The position numbers and the translations under genes are program-made. Source: Arcobacteraceae bacterium (GTDB taxonomy: Bacteria; Campylobacterota; Campylobacteria; Campylobacterales; Arcobacteraceae). Taken from it: a stretch of DNA of 64,000 bases. Below, in pieces: positions 40,007 through 50,088 of the stretch. The stretch's first letter is position 1; every line of letters begins with the position of its first letter. The notes beneath the pieces are model-generated. The model was not told the DNA's origin. It saw only the letters and a program-made list of their open reading frames with translations, and ran no database searches. The stretch covers positions 45,416-109,415 of the forward strand of contig JBLWVX010000006.1 in the NCBI GenBank assembly GCA_048268245.1. Reading direction: 5' to 3'.

Positions 40007-41062
40007 ATGAGTTGTAAATGTAATGAAAATTTTTGTATTAAAAATGAAAAAGCAACAATACACTTTATAACAGTAGTTCCAGAGTTATTAAATAAGTGTA
40101 GAATAGTTCTAAAAGATATGAATAATTTAAGATTTAAAGAACATATTTGTAGTATTGACGTAAATGATGTTAGAACTTTTTTTGAGAATCAAATAGAGTT
40201 TTTTGATGAAAACTTTACACAATTTGAACAAAATGAGATAAAAATTTTTGTTGAAACATCAAATGAACTTTTATCTATTACTTCTGTATTAAAAGCGAAA
40301 CCTTTAAATATTTATTTAAACTTTATAAAAGACAATAGTTTTTTTGAGATTCTAGAGAGTGAAAGTTTAACTACACATTTTCAGCCAATAATTGATATAC
40401 AAACTAATAGTATTTATGCTTATGAGTGTTTAACAAGAGGTGTTCTACCAAATGGTGATTTGATGTATCCAAATGACCTTTTTGAAAAATCAAATAGAAA
40501 TGATACAAACTTTAGGCTTGATAAACTTTGTCGTGAGTCTGCTCTCAAAACTGCTGCTGTAAAAAAAATAAACTCAAAAGTATTTATAAACTTTTTACCT
40601 ACAGCTATTTATGATCCCAATTTTTGTTTACAAAGTACTGTAAGATGGGCAAATCAACTTGAACTTGATCCTAGAAATATTGTTTTTGAAGTAGTAGAAA
40701 CTGAAAATGTACAAGATAAAGTGCACTTAAAACAAATCTTAAACCACTATAGAGAACAAGGTTTTAAAATAGCTTTAGATGATGTTGGAGAGGGATACTC
40801 TTCTTTAAATATGATTATAGATATAAAACCTGATATTATAAAAGTAGATAGAAATATAATAGATGGAATTGATACAAACGAGTTAAAACAATCTGTTTAT
40901 AGAGCATTAAAATCAATTTGCATTGATAATAATATACAAATATTAGCTGAGGGTGTTGAAACACAAGAGGAGCTAAGTATGGTTAAAAAACTAGGTGTTG
41001 ATTTTGCACAAGGTTACTACTTTGCTAAGCCATACTCTGAGCCTATAAGAAGAATATTTTAA
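40007..41062 (+). CDS. EAL domain protein
   Basis: FQPI, YECLTRG, FINF, FEVVETE, DDVGEGYS, IKVDR, AEGVET, QGYYF. Confidence 0.92.
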   Translation: MSCKCNENFCIKNEKATIHFITVVPELLNKCRIVLKDMNNLRFKEHICSIDVNDVRTFFENQIEFFDENFTQFEQNEIKIFVETSNELLSITSVLKAKPLNIYLNFIKDNSFFEILESESLTTHFQPIIDIQTNSIYAYECLTRGVLPNGDLMYPNDLFEKSNRNDTNFRLDKLCRESALKTAAVKKINSKVFINFLPTAIYDPNFCLQSTVRWANQLELDPRNIVFEVVETENVQDKVHLKQILNHYREQGFKIALDDVGEGYSSLNMIIDIKPDIIKVDRNIIDGIDTNELKQSVYRALKSICIDNNIQILAEGVETQEELSMVKKLGVDFAQGYYFAKPYSEPIRRIF

Positions 41063-42042
41063 TGACAGTTTTTTTAATCTATCTACATCAACTATTTGAA
41101 GATATTACTGTTTTTAAAAACAAAAAAGTAGTTTTAATAGAAGAGCCTTTATATGGAAAATATAGTTTTGATAGTGACAATAGAAAAAAGCTTCCAAAAG
41201 ATATATTTATTCCAGCAGCTCTATCTTATGAAAATGATTATATAAATGAAGCAAAAGAGTATTGTAAAAAGTTTGATAACTTTGGAAACTATCAAGATGC
41301 TATTACAAAAGATACTAATCTTATATATCTTTTTCACTCAAATATTTCAAGTAGTTTAAATGTAGGTTTACTTAATTTAAACTATGTAATTGAAAAAATA
41401 AAAAATGCACATGCCCCTTATAATGCCAAAGAAGGATTTATAAGACAGATTATTGGTTGGAGAGATTTTATGCTAAAAATCTATGAAGATGATGGCGTGA
41501 GACTGCGAAACTCTAATTTTTTTGAATTTAAAAACTCAATGCCAAAAGCAATTATAGAAGGTAAAAGTGGCATAGATATACTTGATGATGTAATAAAAAA
41601 AGTAGATAAAACAGCATATGCTCATCATATAGAAAGACTTATGATTTTAGGTAATATCTTTTTATTATTAGAAATAAAACCAGATGATGTTTATGAATAC
41701 TTTATGCAAAACTATATAGATGCCTACGATTGGGTAATGGTTGGAAATGTGTATGGAATGAGTGGCTTTAGTGATGGAGGAAGTATAACTACAAAACCAT
41801 ATATTGCAAGTTCGAACTATCTAATAAAGATGAGTGATTACTCAAAAAAAGATTCTTGGTGTAAAATAGTTGATGCTTTATACTGGAGATTTTTATATAA
41901 ATACTCATATCTTTTCAAAGATAATCCACGAATGAAAATGCAAATATCACTTTTAAACAAAATGTCAGAAGAAAAATTACAAAATCATTTAAAAACAGCG
42001 GAAGAATACTTAAAAACCATTTTTATGAATAAAAGTTCATAA
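41062..42042 (+). pseudogene. Cryptochrome/photolyase family protein (PhrB/CryB-like), apparently with in-frame internal deletions
   Basis: HQLF, EEPL, SFD.DNRK, FG.YQDA, LFHS.IS, EGFIRQIIGWR, YAHHIERLM, DAYDWV, TKPY; only 326 aa, with normally distant motifs directly adjacent. Confidence 0.75.
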
Positions 42043-42062
42043 GCTATTCATATTTAATTCAT
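42036..42062 (+). promoter_or_regulatory. Candidate OmpR-family operator: three TTCAT direct repeats at 11-bp period
   Basis: TTCAT at 42036, 42047 and 42058, just upstream of TATAAT and the 42100 start. Confidence 0.55.
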
Positions 42063-42099
42063 TAGTTACAGCTATATTTTCTATAATAAAAGGAGATAT

Positions 42100-43179
42100 A
42101 TGCGAACTGCTTTAAAAGCTTTAAAAGCTAATAAACTTAAAACCTTACTAATATTATTTAGTTTAACCCTTAGTATTTGTTCTATTTTTTTAATTAGTTC
42201 AATCTCAAATGGTGTTATTTATATGTACTCTTCTATGCTTAAAAATGATGGAGATATTATAATAACTCAAGCAAAGATTTCTGATACATTTTTTTCAAAT
42301 GTAGATATAAATCTTATTAATAAAATAAAAGAGTTTGATGGAGTAAAAAAAGTATCAGCTGTCATTGTAGGGGCAAGTCCTGTTGAAGAGTTACCAATTG
42401 TGGCTGTATATGGTATAACAAAAAATAGATTTTCAAACTATACACTAATTAAAGGTTCATATCCAAAAGATAATGAAGTTTTAGTAGGAAAATCTATATA
42501 TGATTCTTTAAAATATAAAAACAGTATTCAAATTTCAAAAGATACATACAAAATTTCTGGAGTATTTAAGAGTGAAATTGGTTTTGAAAATGGTGGAGTT
42601 GTATTAAATATAAATCAAGCTTCTAAAATCTTCAATAAATCAGCTTCATTTCTTTTAGTAAATACAAATATTCAAAAAGATATAGATTTCATAATAAAAA
42701 ATACACAAGACTTATCAAATGATATTGAAGTTAAATCTACAAATAGCTTTGTAGATAATTATAACCAATTTGAAATTATCAGAACATCTTCTAAACTTAT
42801 TTCCTCTGTTGCTTTTTGTATGGGACTTTTAAGTGTTGTAAGTATTATGAGTATTACTGTAAATCAAAGAAAAAGTGAATTTGGGATAAAAAAAGCTATT
42901 GGAATTTCTACAGGAAAAATTATTAATCAAATAGTTTTAGAAACAGCCATTTTGGGCTTTATTAGTTTTCTTTGTGCATTTTTTATAGCAAATATATTTC
43001 TTCTGATGATTGAAAAATTTGAGCTATTTCATGGATATATAAATGCACATTTAAGTAGTACTTTAAGCCTTACACTATTTATCTGTTCAATTTTAATGGC
43101 TGTAATTGGCTCAATAATTCCTGCTTTAAATGTATCAAAAATTGATCCAATAATTTTAATGCAAGGAGATAAAATATGA
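42100..43179 (+). CDS. ABC transporter permease, MacB/FtsX family
   Basis: N-terminal TM, periplasmic loop, RKSEFGIKKAIG, PA...SKIDP. Confidence 0.9.
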   Translation: MRTALKALKANKLKTLLILFSLTLSICSIFLISSISNGVIYMYSSMLKNDGDIIITQAKISDTFFSNVDINLINKIKEFDGVKKVSAVIVGASPVEELPIVAVYGITKNRFSNYTLIKGSYPKDNEVLVGKSIYDSLKYKNSIQISKDTYKISGVFKSEIGFENGGVVLNINQASKIFNKSASFLLVNTNIQKDIDFIIKNTQDLSNDIEVKSTNSFVDNYNQFEIIRTSSKLISSVAFCMGLLSVVSIMSITVNQRKSEFGIKKAIGISTGKIINQIVLETAILGFISFLCAFFIANIFLLMIEKFELFHGYINAHLSSTLSLTLFICSILMAVIGSIIPALNVSKIDPIILMQGDKI

Positions 43180-43802
43180 TAATAGAAGCAAAAAACTTGT
43201 CTCATGACTATAATGGAGACCTAGCCTTAAAAAATATAAATCTAAGTATAAAAAAAGGTGAGTTTATATCTATTATTGGTGAGAGTGGAAGTGGTAAGAC
43301 TACCCTACTTTCAATTTTATCAACACTTTTAAAACAAAAAGATGGGGAACTATTTTTTGAAAATAAAAAATATAAAGATATTAAAAATATAGATAAATTT
43401 AGAAAAGATAACATTGGCTTTATTTTCCAATTTCATTATTTAATAAACTACCTTACAAATGCTGAAAATGTAAAGATTGCAAATGAAAAAGTCTTAGATA
43501 AAGATGTAATAGAACTTTTTAATTTATTAGATATTAGTGAGCTTCTAAATAAATTTCCAAATGAAATATCAGGAGGACAAAGACAAAGAGTAGCAATAGC
43601 AAGAGCACTTATAAATAAACCAAAAGTTCTTTTTGCTGATGAACCAACTGGCAATTTAGATTCAAAAAACTCTTTAAAAGTTTTTAAACTATTTCAACAG
43701 TTATCAAAAGAAGGAATCACAGTAATAGTTGCAACACATGATAAGAGTCTTGCACAATTAGCAAATAGAATAATTGAGGTTAAAGATGGACAAATTCAAT
43801 AG
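43176..43802 (+). CDS. ABC transporter ATP-binding protein, LolD/MacB-like
   Basis: GESGSGKTT, IGFIFQ, ISGGQRQR, ADEPTGNLD, ATHD. Confidence 0.93.
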   Translation: MIIEAKNLSHDYNGDLALKNINLSIKKGEFISIIGESGSGKTTLLSILSTLLKQKDGELFFENKKYKDIKNIDKFRKDNIGFIFQFHYLINYLTNAENVKIANEKVLDKDVIELFNLLDISELLNKFPNEISGGQRQRVAIARALINKPKVLFADEPTGNLDSKNSLKVFKLFQQLSKEGITVIVATHDKSLAQLANRIIEVKDGQIQ

Positions 43803-45351
43803 TTTCATAAATCAAAATTTTAAAATCTCTTTGATTTTTCTTTTTTTAGGGATATTTTTTGGAATAATCTATTCCATTAATTTATTAGGTTTCTCTATTA
43901 ATTCTAATACTTTATTACCATCAAATATAAGATCATTACATATTTCATTGATGTTATATGGTTTTATTCCTTTAATGCTTTCTTATTTACCATTTTTACT
44001 TATAAATAAAGATGGAATTAAAAGTGATAAAGGACTTAGATATTTAGAGCTTTACTCAATCTTTTGGTATATTTTCTTAGTTTTTATGATAAATAGTTTA
44101 GTTTTAGGGAATACTAGAGGTTTAGCTTTTTATGACTTCCCTTATGAACTAAACTTTATCTTGGCTCTAAGCGGAGTTTTTTATGCTTTAGCTTTATATG
44201 AATACATAAAACTATATGAAGTTAAACCATTATGGATAAAAATATCACTTGCTATTGTAGTAATTGCACCTTTTAGCCTTTTGATATTAATGAACCCAGT
44301 GATTGGGCAAGTCGAAAGTACTATAAGTGGCCCACATGGTGATAATACTTTAGGTATGAGTTTTGCTTTAATTCCTATTTATTATCTTATCATCAAACTT
44401 CTTCATAAAGATAATTTTAATGCAAAATGGCATATTTTTTGGATAATTCCATTTGTTTTTTATATTTTATCTGTACTTTATAGAAGTTTTATTGATTCAT
44501 TAACATATGAGCAAGAATGGTTTTTACAATATTTAACACTTTTATATATACCTTTACTTTATAGATGGTTTAAAGATGCAAATATATCTAAAACTCCTAA
44601 ATATGTTTTATTGATATCTATATTAGCCTTTTTGTTTGTGGATATTGAAGGAAATATTCTTTTTATTCCTGAGTTTAGATGGTTATTTCATAGAAATGAT
44701 TTGATTGTAGCTCATGCCCATGTTGCAATGGGAATCTCAATTTTATTTATGACTTTTGCAATTTTAGTAAATCATATAAATAGTTTAAAAGATATTAAAT
44801 TTTACAACTATTATTTATTTGGAATTTTAGGAATTTTTTTAGTTTTAAGTATCTCTGGATTTATACAAGCAGGTGTTATTAAAGGTGATATAGAAATATT
44901 ATGGAGTTTAAGAACTCTATTTGGAATAGTAGTATTTATATCTTTTTTTAAACTAATAAAACTAGATTTAAAACTAAATTCTTTACAAAAATATAATCTA
45001 TTTGGGGCTTTAAGTGATGGCTCAACCGGAATTATTTTAATTTTTCTTGGAAGTTATTTATATCCATTGTTAGGTTTTAAATTTACAAATAGTTATGAAT
45101 ATATAGTATTTGTTTTTGTTTTTACTACAGGAGTAATGCACTATTTTGCTTTTACCTCTAAAAGCTCACAGTATGAGTTTACTTTACTTACTGCACTAAT
45201 TAGAGTTTTTGTTAGCTCAATGTTTTTTGCTTTATATTTAAATGGTAGTTTATCTTATGAAGCACTTTTTATTACAGTTTATGATTTATCTTTTTCAATT
45301 CTGTTTTTCTTAATTTTTTGCAAAAGGGAGTTAAAATGTTACCAAAACTAG
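43786..45351 (+). CDS. Polytopic membrane protein, divergent heme-copper oxidase subunit I (CcoN/NorB)-like
   Basis: Many TM helices; RSLH...YGF, RGLAFYDFP, DLIVAHAHVAMG; ATG 43786 after GAGG. Confidence 0.6.
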   Translation: MDKFNSFINQNFKISLIFLFLGIFFGIIYSINLLGFSINSNTLLPSNIRSLHISLMLYGFIPLMLSYLPFLLINKDGIKSDKGLRYLELYSIFWYIFLVFMINSLVLGNTRGLAFYDFPYELNFILALSGVFYALALYEYIKLYEVKPLWIKISLAIVVIAPFSLLILMNPVIGQVESTISGPHGDNTLGMSFALIPIYYLIIKLLHKDNFNAKWHIFWIIPFVFYILSVLYRSFIDSLTYEQEWFLQYLTLLYIPLLYRWFKDANISKTPKYVLLISILAFLFVDIEGNILFIPEFRWLFHRNDLIVAHAHVAMGISILFMTFAILVNHINSLKDIKFYNYYLFGILGIFLVLSISGFIQAGVIKGDIEILWSLRTLFGIVVFISFFKLIKLDLKLNSLQKYNLFGALSDGSTGIILIFLGSYLYPLLGFKFTNSYEYIVFVFVFTTGVMHYFAFTSKSSQYEFTLLTALIRVFVSSMFFALYLNGSLSYEALFITVYDLSFSILFFLIFCKRELKCYQN

Positions 45352-46310
45352 CTTTACTAATATTTATATCTTTTGAACTATGCTTTTATTTATTGATTGC
45401 ACAAACAGGAATTGTTGAGTATCTTTCATCTAATATCTTTGCTATTTCACCAATAGCTATTGGTGGGATTGTAGGTTCAATACTAGTTTATTTTATTAAG
45501 TTGTCTTCTAAAAATAAAATAGTTCTACTTTTGTTATTACAATTTTGTGTAAGCCTGGCATATCCAGATTTTTCAAAACTTTTACTTTTCTTATTAGGTT
45601 TAAGTGTAGGAGGATTAGCTCCTTTAATAATTGAAAAAATAAAAGAGAGTTCAGTTATACAATTAGCAAGTGCTTTGGCTTTATCATATGCTTTAGGAAC
45701 TGCACTTTTTGTAATAGAACCTGCTAGTAGACAATTTATAGCACTTAGTTTTTCTTTAATATGCTTAATAAGTGTACTGCTACTTAAAAATACTGAGAGA
45801 AGTAAAAGTTTATCAAGCTACTCATACTCACTTTTTTCAATGGTTTTATGGGTTTTCTTAGACTCTGCATTATTTGAAACTCTATCAAGAGACATATCTA
45901 TTTCTATTTGGAGAGATGGCTTTACTTTAGAAATAATTGTTTTTCATATAGTAGGTGTTTTGGCTGCTTTTGCATTTAAATTTGAGAAATTTGAGAATGA
46001 GATATTAATAATCTTACTTTTTGCCTTAAGTTATCTTTTTTATTTTTTACAAGAAGCTGCAATATTAGCTTTAGTTTATCCTTTTGTGATTTCATTTTAC
46101 AATGTGACTATTTTAAGAAGTATTATAAAAAAAGATTTTAAAACAATTTGTATTTACATGGTTTTTATAGGTTGGATAGCTTCAGGTGCTGGATTATTTG
46201 TAGCTTTAGAAAATCTAACTTTATATGTTCCAATAATATTTTTGATTTCAATAATAAAAATTTTAAGCACACATAATTTATCAATAAAGGAGAAAAAATG
46301 TATAAATTAA
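45336..46310 (+). CDS. Uncharacterised polytopic membrane protein (possibly MFS-like)
   Basis: Almost entirely hydrophobic; ATG 45336 after GGAG. Confidence 0.7.
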   Translation: MLPKLALLIFISFELCFYLLIAQTGIVEYLSSNIFAISPIAIGGIVGSILVYFIKLSSKNKIVLLLLLQFCVSLAYPDFSKLLLFLLGLSVGGLAPLIIEKIKESSVIQLASALALSYALGTALFVIEPASRQFIALSFSLICLISVLLLKNTERSKSLSSYSYSLFSMVLWVFLDSALFETLSRDISISIWRDGFTLEIIVFHIVGVLAAFAFKFEKFENEILIILLFALSYLFYFLQEAAILALVYPFVISFYNVTILRSIIKKDFKTICIYMVFIGWIASGAGLFVALENLTLYVPIIFLISIIKILSTHNLSIKEKKCIN

Positions 46311-46828
46311 TATTTATGATTATTTGTATTTTAAGTACTTTAAATGCAAGTAATTTAGTTTTAAAAGAAGGAAAGATTGAAGCTCATACTGAAGTTTTTG
46401 GTGATAGTAATATTGATCCTTACACTACAAATATAAGCTCTAATATAGAGTTTGATAATACTATTTCAAACATAAAAGGAGCTATTTGGTTTGATAGTAT
46501 CAAATTAATTAGTGATAATCTTGATAGAGATAAAAATATGCATGAGTTATTAAAGTCCGAGATAAATCCAAAAATTAGTTTTGATTTTATAAGTATCAAA
46601 AAAATTGATGAACAAAACTATGAGATAGAAGGATACTTGTCTTTAAATAAAGTAAGTAGAAAAGTAAAGAGTATGACAAAAATAAAAAAAGAAAAAGAGG
46701 ATATTATATTTGATGGGACATTTAATATAAATCTAACTGATTTTAATTTAGAACCACCTACACTATTGTTTTTAACTGTTAGAGATAGAATTGATATTAA
46801 ATATATATTAGATTTCAAGGCAATGTAA
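46298..46828 (+). CDS. YceI family lipid/isoprenoid-binding secreted protein
   Basis: Signal peptide; SDNLDRDKNM, P.I.F, G.LSLN.V, I..TDF...PP. Confidence 0.85.
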   Translation: MYKLIFMIICILSTLNASNLVLKEGKIEAHTEVFGDSNIDPYTTNISSNIEFDNTISNIKGAIWFDSIKLISDNLDRDKNMHELLKSEINPKISFDFISIKKIDEQNYEIEGYLSLNKVSRKVKSMTKIKKEKEDIIFDGTFNINLTDFNLEPPTLLFLTVRDRIDIKYILDFKAM

Positions 46829-46829
46829 T

Positions 46830-47294
46830 ATGAAAAAATTTGCAATAATAGTCTCTATATTATTTGTTAGTTATTCCTTTTGTAATACCTATGAAGTAAG
46901 TAAAAAAATTGACAAGTTCTCTTTGTTTAATCAGTTTGATAAAAAAGTCACAATTGATGAAAATATAAAATATATGCTTGTTTCTTTTGGGAAAAATAGC
47001 TCTGAGACAATAAATGATTTTATTGAGGAGAATCAAAGGGTCTTAACAAAGAATAATATAGTATTTATTGCAAATATCTCAAAAATGCCTTCAATCATTA
47101 TAAAAATGTTTGCTATTCCTAAAATGAGAAGTTTTAAACATAATATCTTACTAGTATATGATGAGAACAACAATAACTTCAAAGAAAAGCAAAACTATAT
47201 AACATTATATAAGTTAGATAAATTAGTGGTTAAAAAGATTGACTTTTTAGAATCAAAAGAGGATTTACAAAGAGTTTTCAATGAAAATCGATGA
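46830..47294 (+). CDS. Secreted hypothetical protein
   Basis: Signal-peptide-like N-terminus; sits within the operon. Confidence 0.7.
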   Translation: MKKFAIIVSILFVSYSFCNTYEVSKKIDKFSLFNQFDKKVTIDENIKYMLVSFGKNSSETINDFIEENQRVLTKNNIVFIANISKMPSIIIKMFAIPKMRSFKHNILLVYDENNNNFKEKQNYITLYKLDKLVVKKIDFLESKEDLQRVFNENR

Positions 47295-48000
47295 TATAAA
47301 TAATTTAAATATTTCAGTAAGAAAATCATGTTTAGATAAATTTAAAATACTTCATATAAGTGATTTACATATAAATAAAAAGACAAATATTTTATCAATA
47401 AAAAAGCTTATAAATTTATGTGAAAATATAGACTATGATATTTTGGTAATTACAGGAGATATTATAGACTGTAAAGCTATTGTTATTAAAGATAAACTAA
47501 CACTATTAAATAGCTTAAAAAATGCATATTATATAAGTGGGAATCATGATTTATTTTATGGATTAAAAGATTTAAAAGACATATTAAATGGGATAGTTTT
47601 CCTAGATAATAAAATCGAGTTTTTAGAGTTTAACAATAAAAAAATAGCACTTGCAGGTCTAGGTGATAGATTTTCTAAGTTTTTTAGAATTAAAAGAAAT
47701 GAAAAATCTTTATTAGATTTATTAGTAAAATATGAAAACACCATTTTACTTGCTCATCAGCCAAAAGATTATACATATGCAGTAAATAATGATATAGATA
47801 TTTTTTTATGTGGACATACACATGGTGGGCAAATTTATCCTTTCCACTATATAGTAAAATTATTTCAACCTTTTTTATATGGACTTCACTATGTAAATAA
47901 AACAGCAATTTATGTAAACAAAGGAATTGGCACTTGGGGTATAGATTTCAGATATAAAGCAAACAGTGAAATAACTCTTTTAAATCTGGTTTATAAGTAG
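47281..48000 (+). CDS. Metallophosphoesterase (calcineurin-like, YkuE/YaeI type)
   Basis: SDLH, TGD, GNHD, AHQP, GHTHGGQ. Confidence 0.92.
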   Translation: MKIDDINNLNISVRKSCLDKFKILHISDLHINKKTNILSIKKLINLCENIDYDILVITGDIIDCKAIVIKDKLTLLNSLKNAYYISGNHDLFYGLKDLKDILNGIVFLDNKIEFLEFNNKKIALAGLGDRFSKFFRIKRNEKSLLDLLVKYENTILLAHQPKDYTYAVNNDIDIFLCGHTHGGQIYPFHYIVKLFQPFLYGLHYVNKTAIYVNKGIGTWGIDFRYKANSEITLLNLVYK

Positions 48001-48002
48001 TA

Positions 48003-48018
48003 TTCATTTTAAATTCAT
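48003..48018 (+). promoter_or_regulatory. Candidate OmpR-family operator: two TTCAT direct repeats at 11-bp period
   Basis: TTCAT at 48003 and 48014, upstream of TATAAT and the response regulator start. Confidence 0.5.
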
Positions 48019-48062
48019 ATTTTTATAATATAATTTTTATAACTTATAAGAATAGGATATTT

Positions 48063-48734
48063 ATGAAAGTTTTGATAATTGAAGATGATATAAAAATTAT
48101 AAACTTTTTAAAAAAAGGCTTAGAAGAAGAGTCATATAGTGTTGATTTTAGCTTAGATGGTGATGAAGGTTTCTATCTTGCTAGCGTAAATGAGTATGAT
48201 GTAATTTTATTAGATATCATGCTTCCAATAAAAGATGGTATTGAAGTCTGCAAAAGTTTAAGAACTCAAAATATAAATACTCCTATTATAATGCTTACAG
48301 CAAAAAATAGTACAGAAGATACTATAAGAGGGCTTGATATAGGTGCAAATGACTATCTTGCAAAACCTTTTTCATTTAATGAGCTTTTAGCAAGAATAAG
48401 AGTTCAATTAAGAGTTAAAAGTGAAAATCAAACAACAATTTTAAAAATTGATGACTTACAATTAGACTTATTAACAAAAACTGCACAAAGAGCAAATCAA
48501 AAAATAGAACTAACAGCAAAAGAGTTTTCTCTACTTGAATACTTAGTTCGAAATAAAAATAAAGTTTTATCAGAAAGTGTTATTTTATCTTCATTAAGTA
48601 ATATGGAAGATAGTAATATAAGCAACATAATAAATGTATATATTTATAGATTAAGAAATAAAATAGATAAACCTTTTGAAAAAAAGCTTATTAAAACAGT
48701 TCGAGGAATGGGGTTTAAAATAAGTGAAGACTAA
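48063..48734 (+). CDS. OmpR/CusR-like response regulator
   Basis: IEDD, LDIMLP, MLTA, DYLAKPF, YIYRLR.KI, TVRG.G. Confidence 0.95.
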   Translation: MKVLIIEDDIKIINFLKKGLEEESYSVDFSLDGDEGFYLASVNEYDVILLDIMLPIKDGIEVCKSLRTQNINTPIIMLTAKNSTEDTIRGLDIGANDYLAKPFSFNELLARIRVQLRVKSENQTTILKIDDLQLDLLTKTAQRANQKIELTAKEFSLLEYLVRNKNKVLSESVILSSLSNMEDSNISNIINVYIYRLRNKIDKPFEKKLIKTVRGMGFKISED

Positions 48735-50085
48735 TATATCAATAAAGAAAAAACTTTTAATTTACAATATTCTTATTCAGTTTATTATATTGATAATCTT
48801 ATCTTTTTCAATATATAAAACACTTAAAATTTCTACTTTAGATAAAATGCAAACATCATTAAAAGTCATTATTTTAGATGTGGTAGATGATATTTTAGAT
48901 TACAAATCAAATCTTCATTTTGATTTATATAATGAAGAAAAAGAGTATAACTTTTCTCCTTTATATATAAGACTTGTTGAAAATAATAAAGAGAAAAAAG
49001 TTATAAATAGTACAAACTTTCCTTTGGAAATATCAATAAATGATAAAGAAAAAAAGAAAAATAGTGTCTTTTTTAATGAATTAGATGATTATATTGTTGG
49101 GAATATCATATTTGATATAGACAAAAAAGAGTATATAGTTCAAGTTGTAACAGACTATAAAATACTTAACTCAACCCTTGAAAATCTATTTTATATACTA
49201 CTTTTTATAATACCTATAGTATTGATTTTTTCAATTACTGGGGGTTACTTTTTGATTTATAAATCCTTTAAACCAATTGAAGAGATTTTAAGCAGCTTAA
49301 AACTTATCAATGCTTCTGACTTATCACAAAGAGTTAAAAAACTACATAGTAATGATGAAGTAGATTTATTGATTGATGAAATAAATAACCTACTTCAAAG
49401 ATTAGAGATTTCATTTAAAAAAATAAATCAATTCAGTAGTGATGCATCACATGAGTTAAAAACACCATTAACTATAATAAGAGGTGAGATAGAAATTGCC
49501 CTTAGAAAAGATAGAGAGAACCATGAATACAAAAATAGTTTAGAAGTGTGTTTAGATGAAGTACTTAGAATTCAAAATACTATAGATGATTTACTTTTCT
49601 TAGCAAAAAATGATACAAACACTTCTGATAACTATACGGATATTTATTTAGATGAAATAACTTTAGAATCAGCATCTGAACTAAAATCTTATGCATTATC
49701 TAAAGAAATAACACTAGAAACAAACATTAAAGATATGAGTCAAATTAAAGGTTACCCTTCTTTATTAAAAGTGGCTATTAAAAACCTGATCAAAAATGCT
49801 ATTGATTTTAGTTTTGAAAATAGTAAGGTTAAAATTAGTTGTTACAAGGAAAATGACCTAACTGTAATTAGTGTAGAAGACACTGGAATTGGTATTGCTA
49901 AAGAAGAACAAGATAGGATTTTTGAAGAGTTTTATAGAACAGATAAAAGCAGAAATAAAAATTCAGGTGGAACAGGACTTGGTATGGCTATTTGTAATAA
50001 AATAGTAAAAAATCACAATGGAAGTATTAAATTAACTAGTGAAATAAATACAGGAACAATAGTTAAAATATATTTTAAGCGTTAA
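48724..50085 (+). CDS. Sensor histidine kinase (CusS-like; HAMP-HisKA-HATPase)
   Basis: Two TMs, DEV HAMP, DASHELKTPL, NLIKNA, DTGIG, FYR, GTGLG; GTG start overlapping the regulator. Confidence 0.94.
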   Translation: MKTNISIKKKLLIYNILIQFIILIILSFSIYKTLKISTLDKMQTSLKVIILDVVDDILDYKSNLHFDLYNEEKEYNFSPLYIRLVENNKEKKVINSTNFPLEISINDKEKKKNSVFFNELDDYIVGNIIFDIDKKEYIVQVVTDYKILNSTLENLFYILLFIIPIVLIFSITGGYFLIYKSFKPIEEILSSLKLINASDLSQRVKKLHSNDEVDLLIDEINNLLQRLEISFKKINQFSSDASHELKTPLTIIRGEIEIALRKDRENHEYKNSLEVCLDEVLRIQNTIDDLLFLAKNDTNTSDNYTDIYLDEITLESASELKSYALSKEITLETNIKDMSQIKGYPSLLKVAIKNLIKNAIDFSFENSKVKISCYKENDLTVISVEDTGIGIAKEEQDRIFEEFYRTDKSRNKNSGGTGLGMAICNKIVKNHNGSIKLTSEINTGTIVKIYFKR

Positions 50086-50088
50086 TTG

